A stretch of DNA of 64,000 bases, from the NCBI RefSeq assembly GCF_009914755.1, contig NC_060929.1. One strand, written 5' to 3'. Shown one piece after another: positions 30,926 through 43,620 of the stretch; within the stretch, counting starts at the first letter, position 1; every line of letters begins with the position of its first letter. The position numbers were made by a program, and so were the translations under genes. The notes beneath the pieces are model-generated. The model did no database searches. It had not been told where the DNA came from and worked only from the letters and a program-made list of their open reading frames with translations. Origin of the DNA: the human T2T-CHM13v2.0 reference genome, Homo sapiens.

Positions 30926-31226
30926 TTTTTATTTTATTTTTTTTTTTGAGACAGTCTCACTCTGTTGCTCACTCTGGAGTACAGTGGCACAATCTCAGCT
31001 CACTGAAATCTCTGCCTCTTGGATCCAAGTGATTCTCCCACCTCAGCCTCCCAAGTAGCTGGGACTACAGGTGCATGCCACCATGCCAGCTAATTTTTGT
31101 ATTTTTAGTAGAGATGGGGTTTCACCATGTTGGCCAGGCTGGTCTCGAATTCATGACCTCAAGTAATACAGCCACCTTGGCCTCCCAAAGTGCTGGGATT
31201 ACAAGTGGGAGCCACAGTGTGTGGCC
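30926..31226 (-). mobile_element. AluS element
   Basis: T-rich tail followed by a dimer; 'tcaaaataa' occurs on both flanks. Confidence 0.93.
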
Positions 31227-31261
31227 TCAAAATAACACCCTTGGTTTTCAGTTTTACATGT

Positions 31262-31748
31262 CATAATAGGCAGAATAATGAGCCCCAAATATGTCTACAA
31301 TCCTAATCACTGGAACCTGTAAACATGTTATGTTCCATGACAAGTGGGAATTAAGTTAGCAGAAGGAATTGCAGTTGCTAATCAGCTGGCCCTAAAGAGA
31401 TTATCTTAAATTATCCAGGTGTGCCTCAATCACAAGATTCTCTTAAACGTGGAAGGGGCAGGCAGAGATATCAGTGTCAAAGTGATATGCTATGAGAAAG
31501 ACTCACCTGGTTGTTGCTGGCTTTGAAACTGGAGGAAGGGGGCCACAAGCTAAGGGATGGGGGCAGCCTTTAGAAGTTGAAAAAGGCAAGGAAAGAATTT
31601 TCCCTACAACTTTCAGAAAAGAGCACAGCCCTGCAGCATATCTTGGTTGAAGGTTTGAACTTTTGACCTCTAGAATTATAAAATACTAAATTTGTGTTGA
31701 TGAAACTACTTAATTTGTGGTAATTTGTTTCAAAACCAAAGGAAAGTG
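31262..31748 (+). mobile_element. MLT1D-like MaLR LTR
   Basis: 'ggcagaataatgagccccaaa...gttgctaatcagctg...gctggctttgaa...aatttgtggtaatttgtt'. Confidence 0.75.
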
Positions 31749-32160
31749 AAATGGTTATTATTAGTGGACTTCATACTATAAGATATAAGTATTTAATTTT
31801 CGTTCATTTCGTCTTCTCAATTTTTCTATTAGAGTTATATCATTGATTACATCTAAATTCAGTGTTTACGTTTTTAGGGCCATTTCATACATTTTGAAGC
31901 TAAAAAATATAATGTCTTGGTAATTTCCCATTTCTTCATTTGCTTTCTTTGACTTATCTGTATTAATTCTCTTCCTTTGTGTAAGAAATATGAGTATCAA
32001 TACCTTTTAGTATTCGCTTTGTTTTTGAAATATTTATCACCAGGATACTTATTATCCCAATGCCTCTGCCTAAAATATCACTCTTCTCTCAAGCCCTTCC
32101 AACACATTGAATGAACTATGAATTTTATTTATTCATATTTCCTTTGAGGTGTCTTTTTCT

Positions 32161-32555
32161 TTTTAAATTAAATTAAATTAAATTTTAAGTTCCAGGATAC
32201 ATGGATACATGTGCAGAACATGTGGGTTTGTTACATAGGTAAACATGTGCCATGGTGGTTTGCTGCACCTATCAACCCATCACCTAGGTGTTAAGCTCCA
32301 CATGCATTAGCTATTTGTCGTGATGCTCCCCATCCCCCCACCCCCCAGCAGGCCCCAGTGTGTGTTGTTCCCCTCCCTGTGTTCACATGTTCTCATTGTT
32401 CCAATCCCACTTATAAGTGAGATCATGTGGTGTTTGGTTTTCTGCTCCTGTGTTAGTTTGCTGGGGATAATGGCATCCAGCTTCATCCATGTCCTGGCAA
32501 AGGACATGATCTTGTTCCTTTTTATGGCTGCATAGTATTCCATGGTGTATACATA
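32161..32555 (-). mobile_element. Short 5'-truncated L1PA (L1PA8-10-like)
   Basis: L1 3'UTR with a perfect 16-bp TSD tgaggtgtctttttct (32145-32160 / 32556-32571). Confidence 0.92.
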
Positions 32556-32699
32556 TGAGGTGTCTTTTTCTAAAAGTTTTGTTTTCTGTTCTAATCTGGA
32601 CCACATGCTCTCTGGGTCTGCACTCATCCTGAAATATTCTTTCACCATTATCCCTAGAAATCCTATCACTTCCCTCTTTTGGATCTCCTATTACTTGAA

Positions 32700-34740
32700 T
32701 CCCTGTGCTCCTCACTCTTTTCCCCTATGTTGGCGGAACATATCCTCTAGTAGTTTATTAATACAAGATAAATGAGAAATACCTTTTTAAGACATAAAGT
32801 GCATGAAATGTCTTTGTACCACCCTTATGTTTGACATATATTTGGCTGGCTAAAGAAATCTATATTGGAAACATACTTTTTCTATAATTTTGAATGCACT
32901 ACTCTGGTGTCATCTATATTCAGTGTTAAAAAGTCCAATGCTGTCTGAATCTCAGTCTCTTTTATGTGCCCTGCTTTTTTTCCTTTGGAAATTTTGGCGC
33001 TACTTTATTGCTGGTATTTCAAGCTATGGGGAATTTTTTATGGAATTATTATTATTATTACTGTTATTTTGGTCCTGAGGATATGTCCTTCAGTTTGGGG
33101 AAATTTTCTTTTATGATTTCTTTAATAATATCCTTGCCTGCATTTTCTCTGTTCTGTCAGATTTTAGTCTGATGTGGAAATCCTCCAGTAATCTAATTTT
33201 AAAATGTTTTCTCTCCTGTTTTCATTTTTTCGACTTTTGCTTTGTTGTCTTAGAGATCTCAATTTTATCTTTCAACCCTTCCATTGCATTTTTAATTTTT
33301 CAATTCCTTTTATTTTTCTGAAGTTTAATTTTAATCATAACCTATTTGTATGTTTTTTTAAAAGGCCTTTACTGAGGTATAATTTATATGCTATAAAATT
33401 CACCCATTTTATTATACAGCTGCAATTTTTCTCTATTTCTCTGAGGATATTAATTATAGGTATTTGAAGTTTCCTCCTGTTTTGTTTTTCATTATTTTTG
33501 TTTTTCTCTGAGTTCTTTTTTGTGTGTTTGCTTTCTTCATTCTATTTTTTCCTTTTTAGAAGGGGATTTTTCTCAAATCTTTGGGGATTCTTGGTAATTT
33601 CTAAGTGTGAAAACCTAAAAAACTGGAAGCTGTAGTTCTTAAACAAAACTTGTCTAGACTTGGGTTTTTCTCAGGGTGATTAATAGAGAGTTCTCTGTTT
33701 TGTTGGGGCACCCCGACTCTCCATGTCTCTGTATTTTCTCTTGAGCTATCACTTTTTCAAGAGAACTTTCTCATCTCCTACTTGGGCCGGGAGTGGAAGT
33801 AAATAAACCTGTCTGCCAGCATTCTAGAAGCCAACTTGGGGATGGAGAGACTGATGATGCATTCATGCACCAGTTTTCTTTCATCTAATTCTCTTGTTTT
33901 CAGTACATGCTCCTCTTCTCATCAGTGTCTGGATCTCTGAGTCCAGAATTATTTGTTCCAACCTTCAGCCCCCTGGCAGCATGAATCAGGGAAGTCACCT
34001 GACTACACAGATACATGTGGGATTTAGGGGTGCATTGTTTCTTACATAGACTTTCAAATACTTCCTTTTCTAGTTTCATCTTTATTCCTACCTTCAGAAG
34101 TACCAGATCTATCCAACTCCTGAATCTTTCTGGAGTTATGCTCTTAGAATAATCCTGCTTTTCAGCATATCTCTTCTCTCTGCCCCTCAGTCATAAGCTT
34201 TTAGCTTGCTTTGGTTTGTTGCGTTTATCTGTCTCCTTTGCTTTTAGCCCTTACATAAGGATAAAGAACACACATATAGAAAGGAGCATAAAGTATACAT
34301 GTGTAGCATAACAAACAATGTTAAAGTGATAGGAGTTTAACCACCATCTGAGTCAATAAGTAATACATTACTGCCTCTAAAAAAGTCCTTGTATGTATTC
34401 CATTGTGATTTTACTACCCTCTCCTTTGAAAACAACCACTCTCCCGATATTTTTGTGAATAACTTTCTTGCTTCCATTTGTATTTTTTTTGCCGCCTATG
34501 AATGCCTCTCTAAGCAATATATTTTAGTTTTGCCTCCTTTTTGAGCTTGACATCAGTGGAAATAGATTATACATAATCATTTGGGTCTTACTTCTTTGCT
34601 GAATATTACGATCATTAGGTTCATTTATGCTGTTGTGTGTAGCTGTAATCCATTTCATCCATTTTATTGCTGTGAGAGTGTGCCATAGCTTGATTAGACC
34701 ACAATTTAAAAAGATTCTGTTACTGCTGGGCGTTTTAGAT
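32700..34740 (-). mobile_element. Highly diverged L1M/L1ME fragments
   Basis: T-rich text such as 'cagtttggggaaattttcttttatgatttc' and 'catttatgctgttgtgtgtagctgtaatccatttcatccatttt'; boundaries uncertain. Confidence 0.5.
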
Positions 34741-37700
34741 TTTTCCATGTCCTTTAGCTTTATAGCTTTTAAAATTATCTTCTCTTTTTGCTGTTGCCTT
34801 CTCTCATCCTCTTTGGGTATGTATCTTAAATAAAGTTCTTATTTTTTTCTTTTGAATCATTTGTACTTTTTAAGTAGGGGGGCACTGGGAGATAAACCCT
34901 ATGTTTAAATGAAGCCAGGATTATTATGTTAAGCTATTATATGGTGTCAAAGTTATAGAAATTATGCTAAATACATTTTTGTACACTTGAGTTCTCTGAT
35001 TCTTTTTGCTGTCATAAACCAAGACTGAGGAACTTAGGACAATGTTGAAGCTAAGTTTTATAAAACCTAAAATTACGATTTGGTTAAGAAAGAGATCTTA
35101 GTGCGTTTGATGTAGGAATTCCACTTTGCAAAGAGAATGGAAGTAACTGTCTCCATACAAAGGCAACCACAAACTAACGCTTGCCTTTGAATTTGTGATA
35201 TCCCCTAATTCTCCAGTATTTTTCTTTTTACATTAATATTCCCTTAAAAACATTACCTGGAATGATCCTCTGTGCATGGAGAAGTACACATTCTGCAATG
35301 ATAAGTGTAAACAAAACTGAACATTTTATTTCTCCCTTTTTGCTATTCTCTGACCTGCAGTGCATTCCAATACTTTCTGCTTTCAGTTAACACGCAGTTC
35401 TTTATTTATTTTGATCACTGGACCTCAATAGCGCAGCACACAGTCAATGGCCAATGGATATTCTGGCCTGAATATTAATGATATCTGAGTGCAGACTGAG
35501 ATATAATAATGCTAAAAATTGTAGATGATGGTTTATTATTTCTAGACAGTAGCACACAGCTAAAGGGAGAGTATAGGTAATTAAATACAGGTGATATAAA
35601 CACACACTTTACTCTTTTGTGGCCAAATATAATTATATCACATATATCATAAATTCAAAGTTTCATTTTCAAAAGAGCAACCTAATTATTTTCAAAGCTT
35701 TTTGTAAAAAACCCCATTCATGACCTTGATGATTACACAGACTAAGAAAGCTATATTTAAAAGAGTGTTTTTCTGTGTAAGAAATATCTTTTAGTGGTTC
35801 ATTAAAATCACTGTGAAGCATTTTTTCCCTTTCAGGTTACATAATATAACGATAAATATACCTGCTCTGATCATAAGCATCAGTGTTTAATTGAGGAATC
35901 AGTTTGAACTCCAGAAAACGTGGTACCTATTATTCATAGGATTGAATATTTTTTGATTTAAAAAAACACACAAACAAAGAAAAAAGCAGATAACTTAAGG
36001 AAGGGGAAATCTTATAAAGTAGAAACTTTACCTGTGATGTAGTGGTGTTGCAAAGACCACTAATGGTGTCTCCTACTATCTGATCTGGAAACAAAGACAT
36101 TGTCCTGTTGTATTTTATTTACAGAAAAATAGGGTTACATGGAATCATGTTACTTGTATAAGAAAGGCAGTCATCACCTTTCTTTTATTGAATACATAAT
36201 TTTTCAGGATTTGGGGATGATTTTTCTAAAGCAGAATCCTTTTTCTTTTGGAATATTTCAGATAATTTCAATAGAATCTCAGCTGGAGCTCAAGACTTGG
36301 TTATTTTCTTTTTCTTTTATTTCTTTTTTCTTCTTTCTTTTTATTTTTTATTTTTTAAATGAATCCAGCATTCCTTTGGAGAACAGAAGGTGGCACTCTT
36401 CCTTTTATCTTGTGAAATTTTCCACTTGAATGTTTAATTCTTCCTGTTAAGATTCAGAGCAGCACCCTGTTGGCAAGTTGATTGTTTCTTTGTGGTTAAT
36501 GACTACTTTTTCACTTATCAAAAGACAGGGACACATTCCATGAAGTGTAATATTGAATGTGAGGCACCAAGTGTCATTGGCAATTCAATAGTAAATAGCG
36601 GTTAAAGTTTGATGAGGTCTCTTACAGTTTACTTGCCCGTGTGAGCAACTTGTTTCCTGAATGATTTTCTCCTCATTTTGTTTTATTGATGTAGGGAATA
36701 GAAAGCATCTAAATATAGGAGATCACTTGGAAAAGATTTGCTATTACCACTTCCACATGCTCAGAAACTGGTGGCTGATTAAATGAGCATATAGTGATAA
36801 AATGTGTGACCTTTCAGCCAATTCTAAGTCTCAAACTTCTTTTTGAATCTTAAATCTTGTTTTATTTTCTTGTATTTGGTATCTATCTAGGCTAGTTAAT
36901 GTTGGTAAGGTTGAGATTGTCTCATAGATGGCAACAAAATTGATTTGATTGCCCTACGTTGTATTTACATTTTTTCCCAAGGGCATGAAAGCAGTTACAC
37001 ATATTCAAGTATTTTCTAAATAATGTTATCTTGTTAGATTTAATATATTCTGTTTCTTTTTTGAAGGTCATCTCTTCATTATGCATATAAAACAGGCCCA
37101 GATTTTCCTAGTGGTCCTACATTTTAGGCTTCATCGTCATATAATTTGCTTCAATTTTTAAATATTTTAAGCTCCAAATTGAATATGAATTGTAAACATC
37201 ACTGTGTCTTGTTACTAATATAAGTTATTAGGATATGTATGTGTTAGGGAGTTGGATAATTCAATTTGATTCTATTTTTAACATTCTACCTGACATCAGT
37301 GTAGAGTTTAAATCCTGGTTCTGCTCAACACTTTAAATGATATGGCCTGTATGTGTGTCTGGAGCAATTCTACCTATCATATCCCAGGTTGTTTTTGTGC
37401 TGTTTTAATTATAGCTCTTGTTTTTATTAGCTAAACAATTCAAGACAGGTCTTGTACTCTTGCAAAAGTGGTATCTATTAAGAAAGCAAACCAAAATTCA
37501 CAATAAAAATAAAAAAGTGTTTGGTCCTTTATAAAAACTAGATAAAAATCAATGGATTTTTTGGGATACTGGGCTAGGAAGAAATATCAAATGATAATAC
37601 CTTTGAGTATAAGCCTAAAAGCTCATGGCTGATAAGACATAGGAAAGGAGCAACAAAACATGGTTCTAATAATCATGACCAGAGAGAGTTGCTTGGATGT

Positions 37701-38091
37701 CATGATAATCATCTGTCTCCTTTCCCCACTTCCTACATTGATAAACCATAGAAAAAGGAGTTCACAGAAATCAATTATTAAGAGGACCTATTACAGAATC
37801 TAGTCCTGGAGAATAAAAATAAGTATAACTGAATCTTTAAGAATTTGAGAGCGATGGAGTCCACGTACTACTTGGTGATTTTTCATTATATTGGCCTCTA
37901 GGTAGAATGAGCATGGATTTTCTCCGATTAGAAGGCCTGTAATTTGTTTTGCAGGGACTTTGAAATCAGTAGTTTTAGGCTGTATAGCTGCTAGTCTGGG
38001 TGTATTTTGCATGGATTTTACAGCTGTAGCACTCAGGAATAAAGTCATAGAGCCAAAGACAGCTTTCTAATATAAACTTTGATGTTCTATA

Positions 38092-38298
38092 GCAGAGGTC
38101 AGCAAACTATTTTGTAAAGGCCCTATAGTTAATGTTTTAATCTTTCTAGGCCAACAGACAAAAATGAGGATATTATGTAGGTACTTTTATAACTATTTAC
38201 AAGTAACCATTTAAATATGTAAAAAAATTCTTAGTAGGCTATACAAAAATAGGCAGTAGACCTGGTTTGGCCTGCAGGCCACGGTTTCCTCAATCTCT
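38092..38298. mobile_element. MER58-family hAT-Charlie MITE
   Basis: 'cagaggtcagcaaactattttgtaaaggcc...tttggcctgcaggccacggtttcctcaatctct'. Confidence 0.7.
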
Positions 38299-39727
38299 AC
38301 AGCATTCAAAAACTGTATTCTGTGTCTATATTTTGTTTTAATAATTCAGGTTAAGATCCAGATGTTTGTTTGGTCAGAAATACAGGAACACTAGTATTCT
38401 TAGAGCTTGAATGTTTGTTTGAATTATGTAAAGAACTGTAGCTGATTAGACAGATTAAAATTTTGGTTTGGTTGATTTGCTTGCACTAATAAAGACACAT
38501 TCACATCTGGCAAACATAAAGGCAGGTCCTCAACAATCAAGTGGCATTTATTTAAACTATTATGGAAATGTCAAAAGTCCTGCTGGAGACAAGGAATCAT
38601 TACAGCAGGTAGTTCCTGATGTTTTATAATTCTGTGCCTAGGAAAGACCTGATCTAGTTTAATAAGTTAAATAAATCACTCAGGAAAAAATAAAATTGTA
38701 TGAAAAGGAAAAATGTAAAGGCATAGTTTGGTGATAAATTTTGTCTTGCAGTTGCAGAGGCTCTTTAATGATTCCCTAGTTTGTACTAAGCCTTTGAGAA
38801 CTGCTTTCCTTGGAATTTGCAGGGAAATATCCAGCAGATGGGCTGAAGGTCTTGTCTAGCTACTGAAAGACTTGCTAGCCCAAAAGGAAATCAGGTCATC
38901 CAATCAGATGAACCCATTCTCTTGAGGTTCTGCACAATTGCTTCTCTGGATGGCAGTTAATCATCAGGCCATATGGGTGCTTTTAACATCTGGCTAACTT
39001 CCAGGAAGAATTCAATAAGTTTGGTCTAGTACAGTTGGAACATATCTTCCACTGTTTATGTGTCTCATAATTCGTAGAAAAATATCTTTTCATATTGGGA
39101 AAAAAGGCTTAGAATCAACAGGGTTTCATTGGCCCTACAGAGTTCCCCTGGCTATGAGCTGTTGCCCACCTTAGGTTTGTCTCCTACAGGAGATGACGTT
39201 GCTATCTTCATATCACGAACAATGGTTCATGACATCAAGATATTTCTCCATTAGTTTTGTCCTATGCATGCTTCTCTATGAATTCAATACATGTTTAGTA
39301 TTTTCATTGTAGGTGATTAGTGTTTTTAGTTACTTTTAAATTTCACTTATATGAGAGAAAAGACAGAAAGTGTAGTCAGGGATGTGTTTTCAACAGAGAA
39401 AGTGAACTCAGAATTTTTCTAGTTCATAGACAATAGTAATTTTAAAAAGTAAAGAAAAAGTTCTTTTTATAATTGATTGGCACTTACTGAATTGATACTA
39501 AATCTGTCTCAGCCATATTATTTTGATTTAAATATATATTTTCATTAGAACTTCTCTGTACTTTATTTTGATATAACTGTGAGGTAATGATATAAGGTTA
39601 ACATCTTTGAAATTATTATCTCCACAAATACACATTTTATTTAAAGAACCAATAAAGGTTTCCCCAATAATTGTCAACTAATAAGCTTCCAATATTTTGT
39701 AGTAAAATATTCCCTAGATTAACTATC

Positions 39728-39936
39728 ATATTGCATTAATTATAAGAGGCATATTTTCTTATTTTCACTTTTTAGCATCTTTGGAATCTGGGTGCATCCT
39801 GTAAGTGATAATAATAACATGATAGTATGTTATGTAAAACTGGCAGATTTTAAATGATGGTACACCGTAAAATCAGGAGCTGATTTAAATGACAGTGCAT
39901 CTTAAAATCGATGGTTTCTTAGATTCAGTAAAATAA
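39728..39936. mobile_element. Old non-autonomous DNA transposon relic (family uncertain)
   Basis: 'gtgcatcttaaaatcgatggtttcttagattcagtaaaata' with a loosely inverted left end. Confidence 0.35.
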
Positions 39937-40414
39937 ACTATTTATGGAAATATCCCAGGAAAGAACAAGCAAATAGAAAAAAAGTACATAAAAGAATAGA
40001 AACAATAGACATTTGGGGATGTAGAGCTCAATTAAACAACAATCTGAAGGTAAATTTATTCTTAAAATGGATATTCATTGGTGGCCTGTTTTATGCATTA
40101 AGCTAGAAAAGTAAGGATTATGAAAAAGGTATATGACATTACCTAGATCTCTAAGAAATTAGAATATACTTTGAGAGTCAAGACAAAGAAATATGAGATA
40201 GTGAAACATTGTCTAGACCTTTTACAAATATTAAAAGTCCTTTAACAAATATTAAAAGGACAATGTTTATCTGTATATCTCTCTGTGTATGCATATATGC
40301 ATATGTACATAATGCTAATGATAGAATACATGTATTTCAGCATTTATACCTGTATTTATATATATAAACACTATTGTGGGCTAGATCAGTTGAACTGTTT
40401 GGAATCATCATCAT

Positions 40415-40520
40415 GGCTGGGCGCAGTGGCTCACACCTGTTATCCCAGCATTTTGGAGGCCAGGAGATCAAGACCAGGTTGGGCAACATAGGAGACCCTG
40501 TCTCTACAAACAAAAAAAAA
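40415..40520 (+). mobile_element. Alu left monomer (FLAM_C-like) with internal deletion
   Basis: GGCTGGGCGCAGTGGCTCAC...; TSD gaatcatcatcat (40402-40414) / gaatcatcattat (40521-40533). Confidence 0.88.
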
Positions 40521-40762
40521 GAATCATCATTATTATCATCATTACAACTATCATTGATTGCTTACTGTAAACTGTACCAGGAACAGTATAATATAAAATG
40601 TAAATTACAGATAATCCTGAGGAAAGGCTAGAAATTATCCAGATTGTAAGAGTTAGGACAAAAGGGTATTTCAGATGGGGAAAATGGCATCAAGAAAAAT
40701 TTTAAGTTGGTTATGGGAGTAAACAATTACAGTGGCAGTAAGAGATAATTTTATAAAGTTCA

Positions 40763-40855
40763 CCAACATGGCACATGTATACTTATGTAACAAACCTGCA
40801 CGTTGTGCACATGTACCCTAAAACTTAAAGTATAATAGTAATAAAATTAAAAAAA
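40763..40855 (+). mobile_element. Extremely 5'-truncated young L1PA (L1PA2/3-like, about 93 bp)
   Basis: Last bases of the L1 3'UTR 'ccaacatggcacatg...gtaccctaaaacttaaagtataat'; perfect 16-bp TSD aattttataaagttca (40747-40762 / 40856-40871). Confidence 0.92.
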
Positions 40856-41009
40856 AATTTTATAAAGTTCAAGACTAATTCTGGAGATGAAGTTGGCTAA
40901 AAGGCTAGGACCAGATGGTAAGAAAAACTGCATGCCAGAGTAGACAAGGCCCTGAGAAGCTATCAAAGGCATTTGAGTAAAACAAGGACATCTTGATGTT
41001 GAAGACTTC

Positions 41010-41670
41010 TCTTTTCTCTGCTATTTCCTCTAGCTATTATTCTATTTCTTTGTTCACTATCAATCTTTAAAAAGGTCTATTCGCTCTGTAACTTCTGTCT
41101 TATTATCTATTTCCTTAACTCTTTACGCCTTACAGCATGGCTTTTTGAAAATTCCTATTCTGCTGGAACTGATCTCTCAAGTCCAGTTGTGTCTTCTCAG
41201 GCTTCATCTTGCTCTAGGAAGTGATTGGTACCATCAATTAGTTCTGCCTCATCGATTGGTCTCTTCATGGACCCTGTGGCCATGCTGTCTCTCAGTTCAT
41301 GTTCTATCTTTACGTTTATTCTTTTAAAATCTCTTGCTTTACTATTTCTTCTCATTCCTTTAATGCAGGTTTTTCTGAGGTGAATTTTAAAATCTTCTTC
41401 CCTTTGATCTCACCTTCACACAATAATTTTGACTTAATTCACAAGGGTCCCCAATTTACCTCTAGACCTGACTTTTTATCCAAGTATTAGTCTTGTATTG
41501 ATACATGCCTTCACGGACATTAATTTGTATAGTTCTTAAGATCAACATGTGCAAAACCAAACTGTTTAATTTCTTTAAATATTTGACAACTGACACCCAA
41601 ACCAGTTTCTTCTGATCTCATATTTCTGCTTTTAGCACTAGCCCTGTGTCAATCATGCAGGTTAAATATC
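41010..41670 (+). mobile_element. L2 LINE relic
   Basis: Pyrimidine-rich L2-like text ('cccaatttacctctagacctgac...gttcttaagatcaacatgtgcaaaaccaaact'). Confidence 0.55.
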
Positions 41671-41827
41671 TTCTACCAATTAAACATTATTTTAAACTGC
41701 ACAGTTAAATAACATTTTCATAAAAGTTCAAATGTTACAGGTAAGGCCAGTGTATCATTGAGTCCCCTCATCCATGTCTTATTTTCAAAGAAAACAATTG
41801 TGTATAATCTCCGTTCATTTGAAATTC

Positions 41828-41851
41828 GTGTGTGTGTGTGTGTGTGTGTGT
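41828..41851. repeat. (GT)12 microsatellite
   Basis: Read directly from the sequence. Confidence 0.95.
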
Positions 41852-42014
41852 ACACAATATATAGTTTGGTTTGGGGGGCACATATTTAACAATTTATCTC
41901 GCACATCTTTCTTGCAATGTTAATATAAATAATTCCATCTAAATGTTTTAAACATTAATAGTATTTCATTGTCATCAAGCCATTTTTAAAACATCTCCCT
42001 TACATTCCAACTCA

Positions 42015-42210
42015 CATGTAATCCTTTTTACCTCAGCAGTGTTATTTTACATATAGTTTAAAACTCCCATTTTAAAGATACATGTGTAAACACTATTGTG
42101 GGCTAGATTAGTTGAACTGTTTGGAATCATCACTGAGGCCCATAAAGTTTATTTGACCTGTGTAGGGCTATTCAGCTCTTTGTCTTAAAACCAGACCTGC
42201 TGACTCTCTT
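42015..42210 (-). mobile_element. MIR relic interrupted by a 46-bp insert
   Basis: 'cccattttaaagat' and 'actgaggccc' are contiguous in the MIR core (cccattttacagatgaggaaactgaggc) but are separated here. Confidence 0.5.
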
Positions 42211-43009
42211 CTGGGTTTTTTTTTTTTTTTTACCAGCACCAGGGCTCCTTTATTTACATTCACATTTCTACTTCCCTAGGACTGTTAAGATCTCACTGAA
42301 ATACAGGCACCTTAAAAGAGACCTAACTAGAGCAGCTCTTCAGCCAGTCTGACCCTATTTTTATAACTTAACATCAAAATCCAAATAAAAGAGTTGGATT
42401 ATAATATTCTTATTAACTTTACTAAAGCCCGAACGACTTAAAAAATAATTGCATCCGGTCTTACAGTAATCCCAATAGGTAAATGTTACATAACTTGCTA
42501 CAATGAAAAAAACCAAAGAATATAAACCTATAAGTAACTTATTTAACTGCTTAATCAAACCAGTGAAATCACTAGCTAATGTGCTGTATTTGATTTATGC
42601 GCTTGCTCATTGACACTCTTAATAGAAGCTCTGTGTTGGTTGATGGAATCAATAAAGGTGAGCCTTATATCAAGTGATTTTGATCCATGTATTACCTTTG
42701 TGTTTATCGTCTTAACTTGGAGGACACTGATGAATCATTTTATTAATAATATAATTGATTTGGTAGACACCACCCTAGGAAAATTTGTTTTGCTAAAATT
42801 TCTAATGATTACATTTCATACTTATATCTTCTAAGCACGTAAAGCACATTATGTTATTTATATTTAATTATTGGAAACCTCAAAATTGACATCAACACTG
42901 GATGTCTGTGAATCCAATAGCTCCCCTTTCCTCCTCAAGTTCCCAGCCTGTGGGCTCTATTATCTCACTGAATGACTCTTAATGACAGATTTTTTTTAAA
43001 CAGCTTCTT

Positions 43010-43620
43010 TCTCTAAGTCAACTAAATTTCAAGACAGAGAGCCATATTCCAATTGGAATTAGCAAAATAGGAATTTATTGACTCCATAATCTAAGAGTGT
43101 AGATCCAGATACTCAATTTTTACTGTAAAGATGCTGCCTGTCTTCATCTCTCGGTCAGGTAACTGTACTCCTGTCCATATGAGATAGTCCAGGTTTATGT
43201 TGTTTGCCTGGCAGCCTGTTTAGCATTTGTCCTGACAGAAGTGTTCTACTATGGATGATAAAGTGTATGGTCATTCTATCTGTTGATTCCAGCATTGGGC
43301 TTATGCAATCTTCTCCTGTGGCAGTGAGATGGGCATCAGGAAATCCAGCCTTAAATTGTGCTAGCCTGTATCAGCTTGTCATCAGGGCAGAAATCCTAAT
43401 TATGTGGGTCATGGGCAGTTGTTTTGGTTAGATAAGTGGAATCTGCTCATTAGGCAATCTCAGCTCATGCTAAGGGAAGAGGGAAATGGTTTCAGTTCTA
43501 CTCAGATGATAAAGACTGAGATATAGGAAAAAGTGGTTCCCCCTAGCAAAATTCCTTCAAAGTACTATTTTTGGATGAAGGGTAGAATAGACACTGGGTA
43601 AACAAAAACTATGTTGTTCA
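43010..43620. mobile_element. Old MLT1 (J/K-like) LTR relic
   Basis: 'caagacagagagccatattccaattggaattagcaaaataggaatttattgactcc'. Confidence 0.4.

Noticed and set aside
35820-35930. Strong-looking splice acceptor (ttttttccctttcag|G) and similar sites at about 5291, 43820 and 58108
   Set aside because: No convincing paired donor or coding frame; exons cannot be supported without transcript data.
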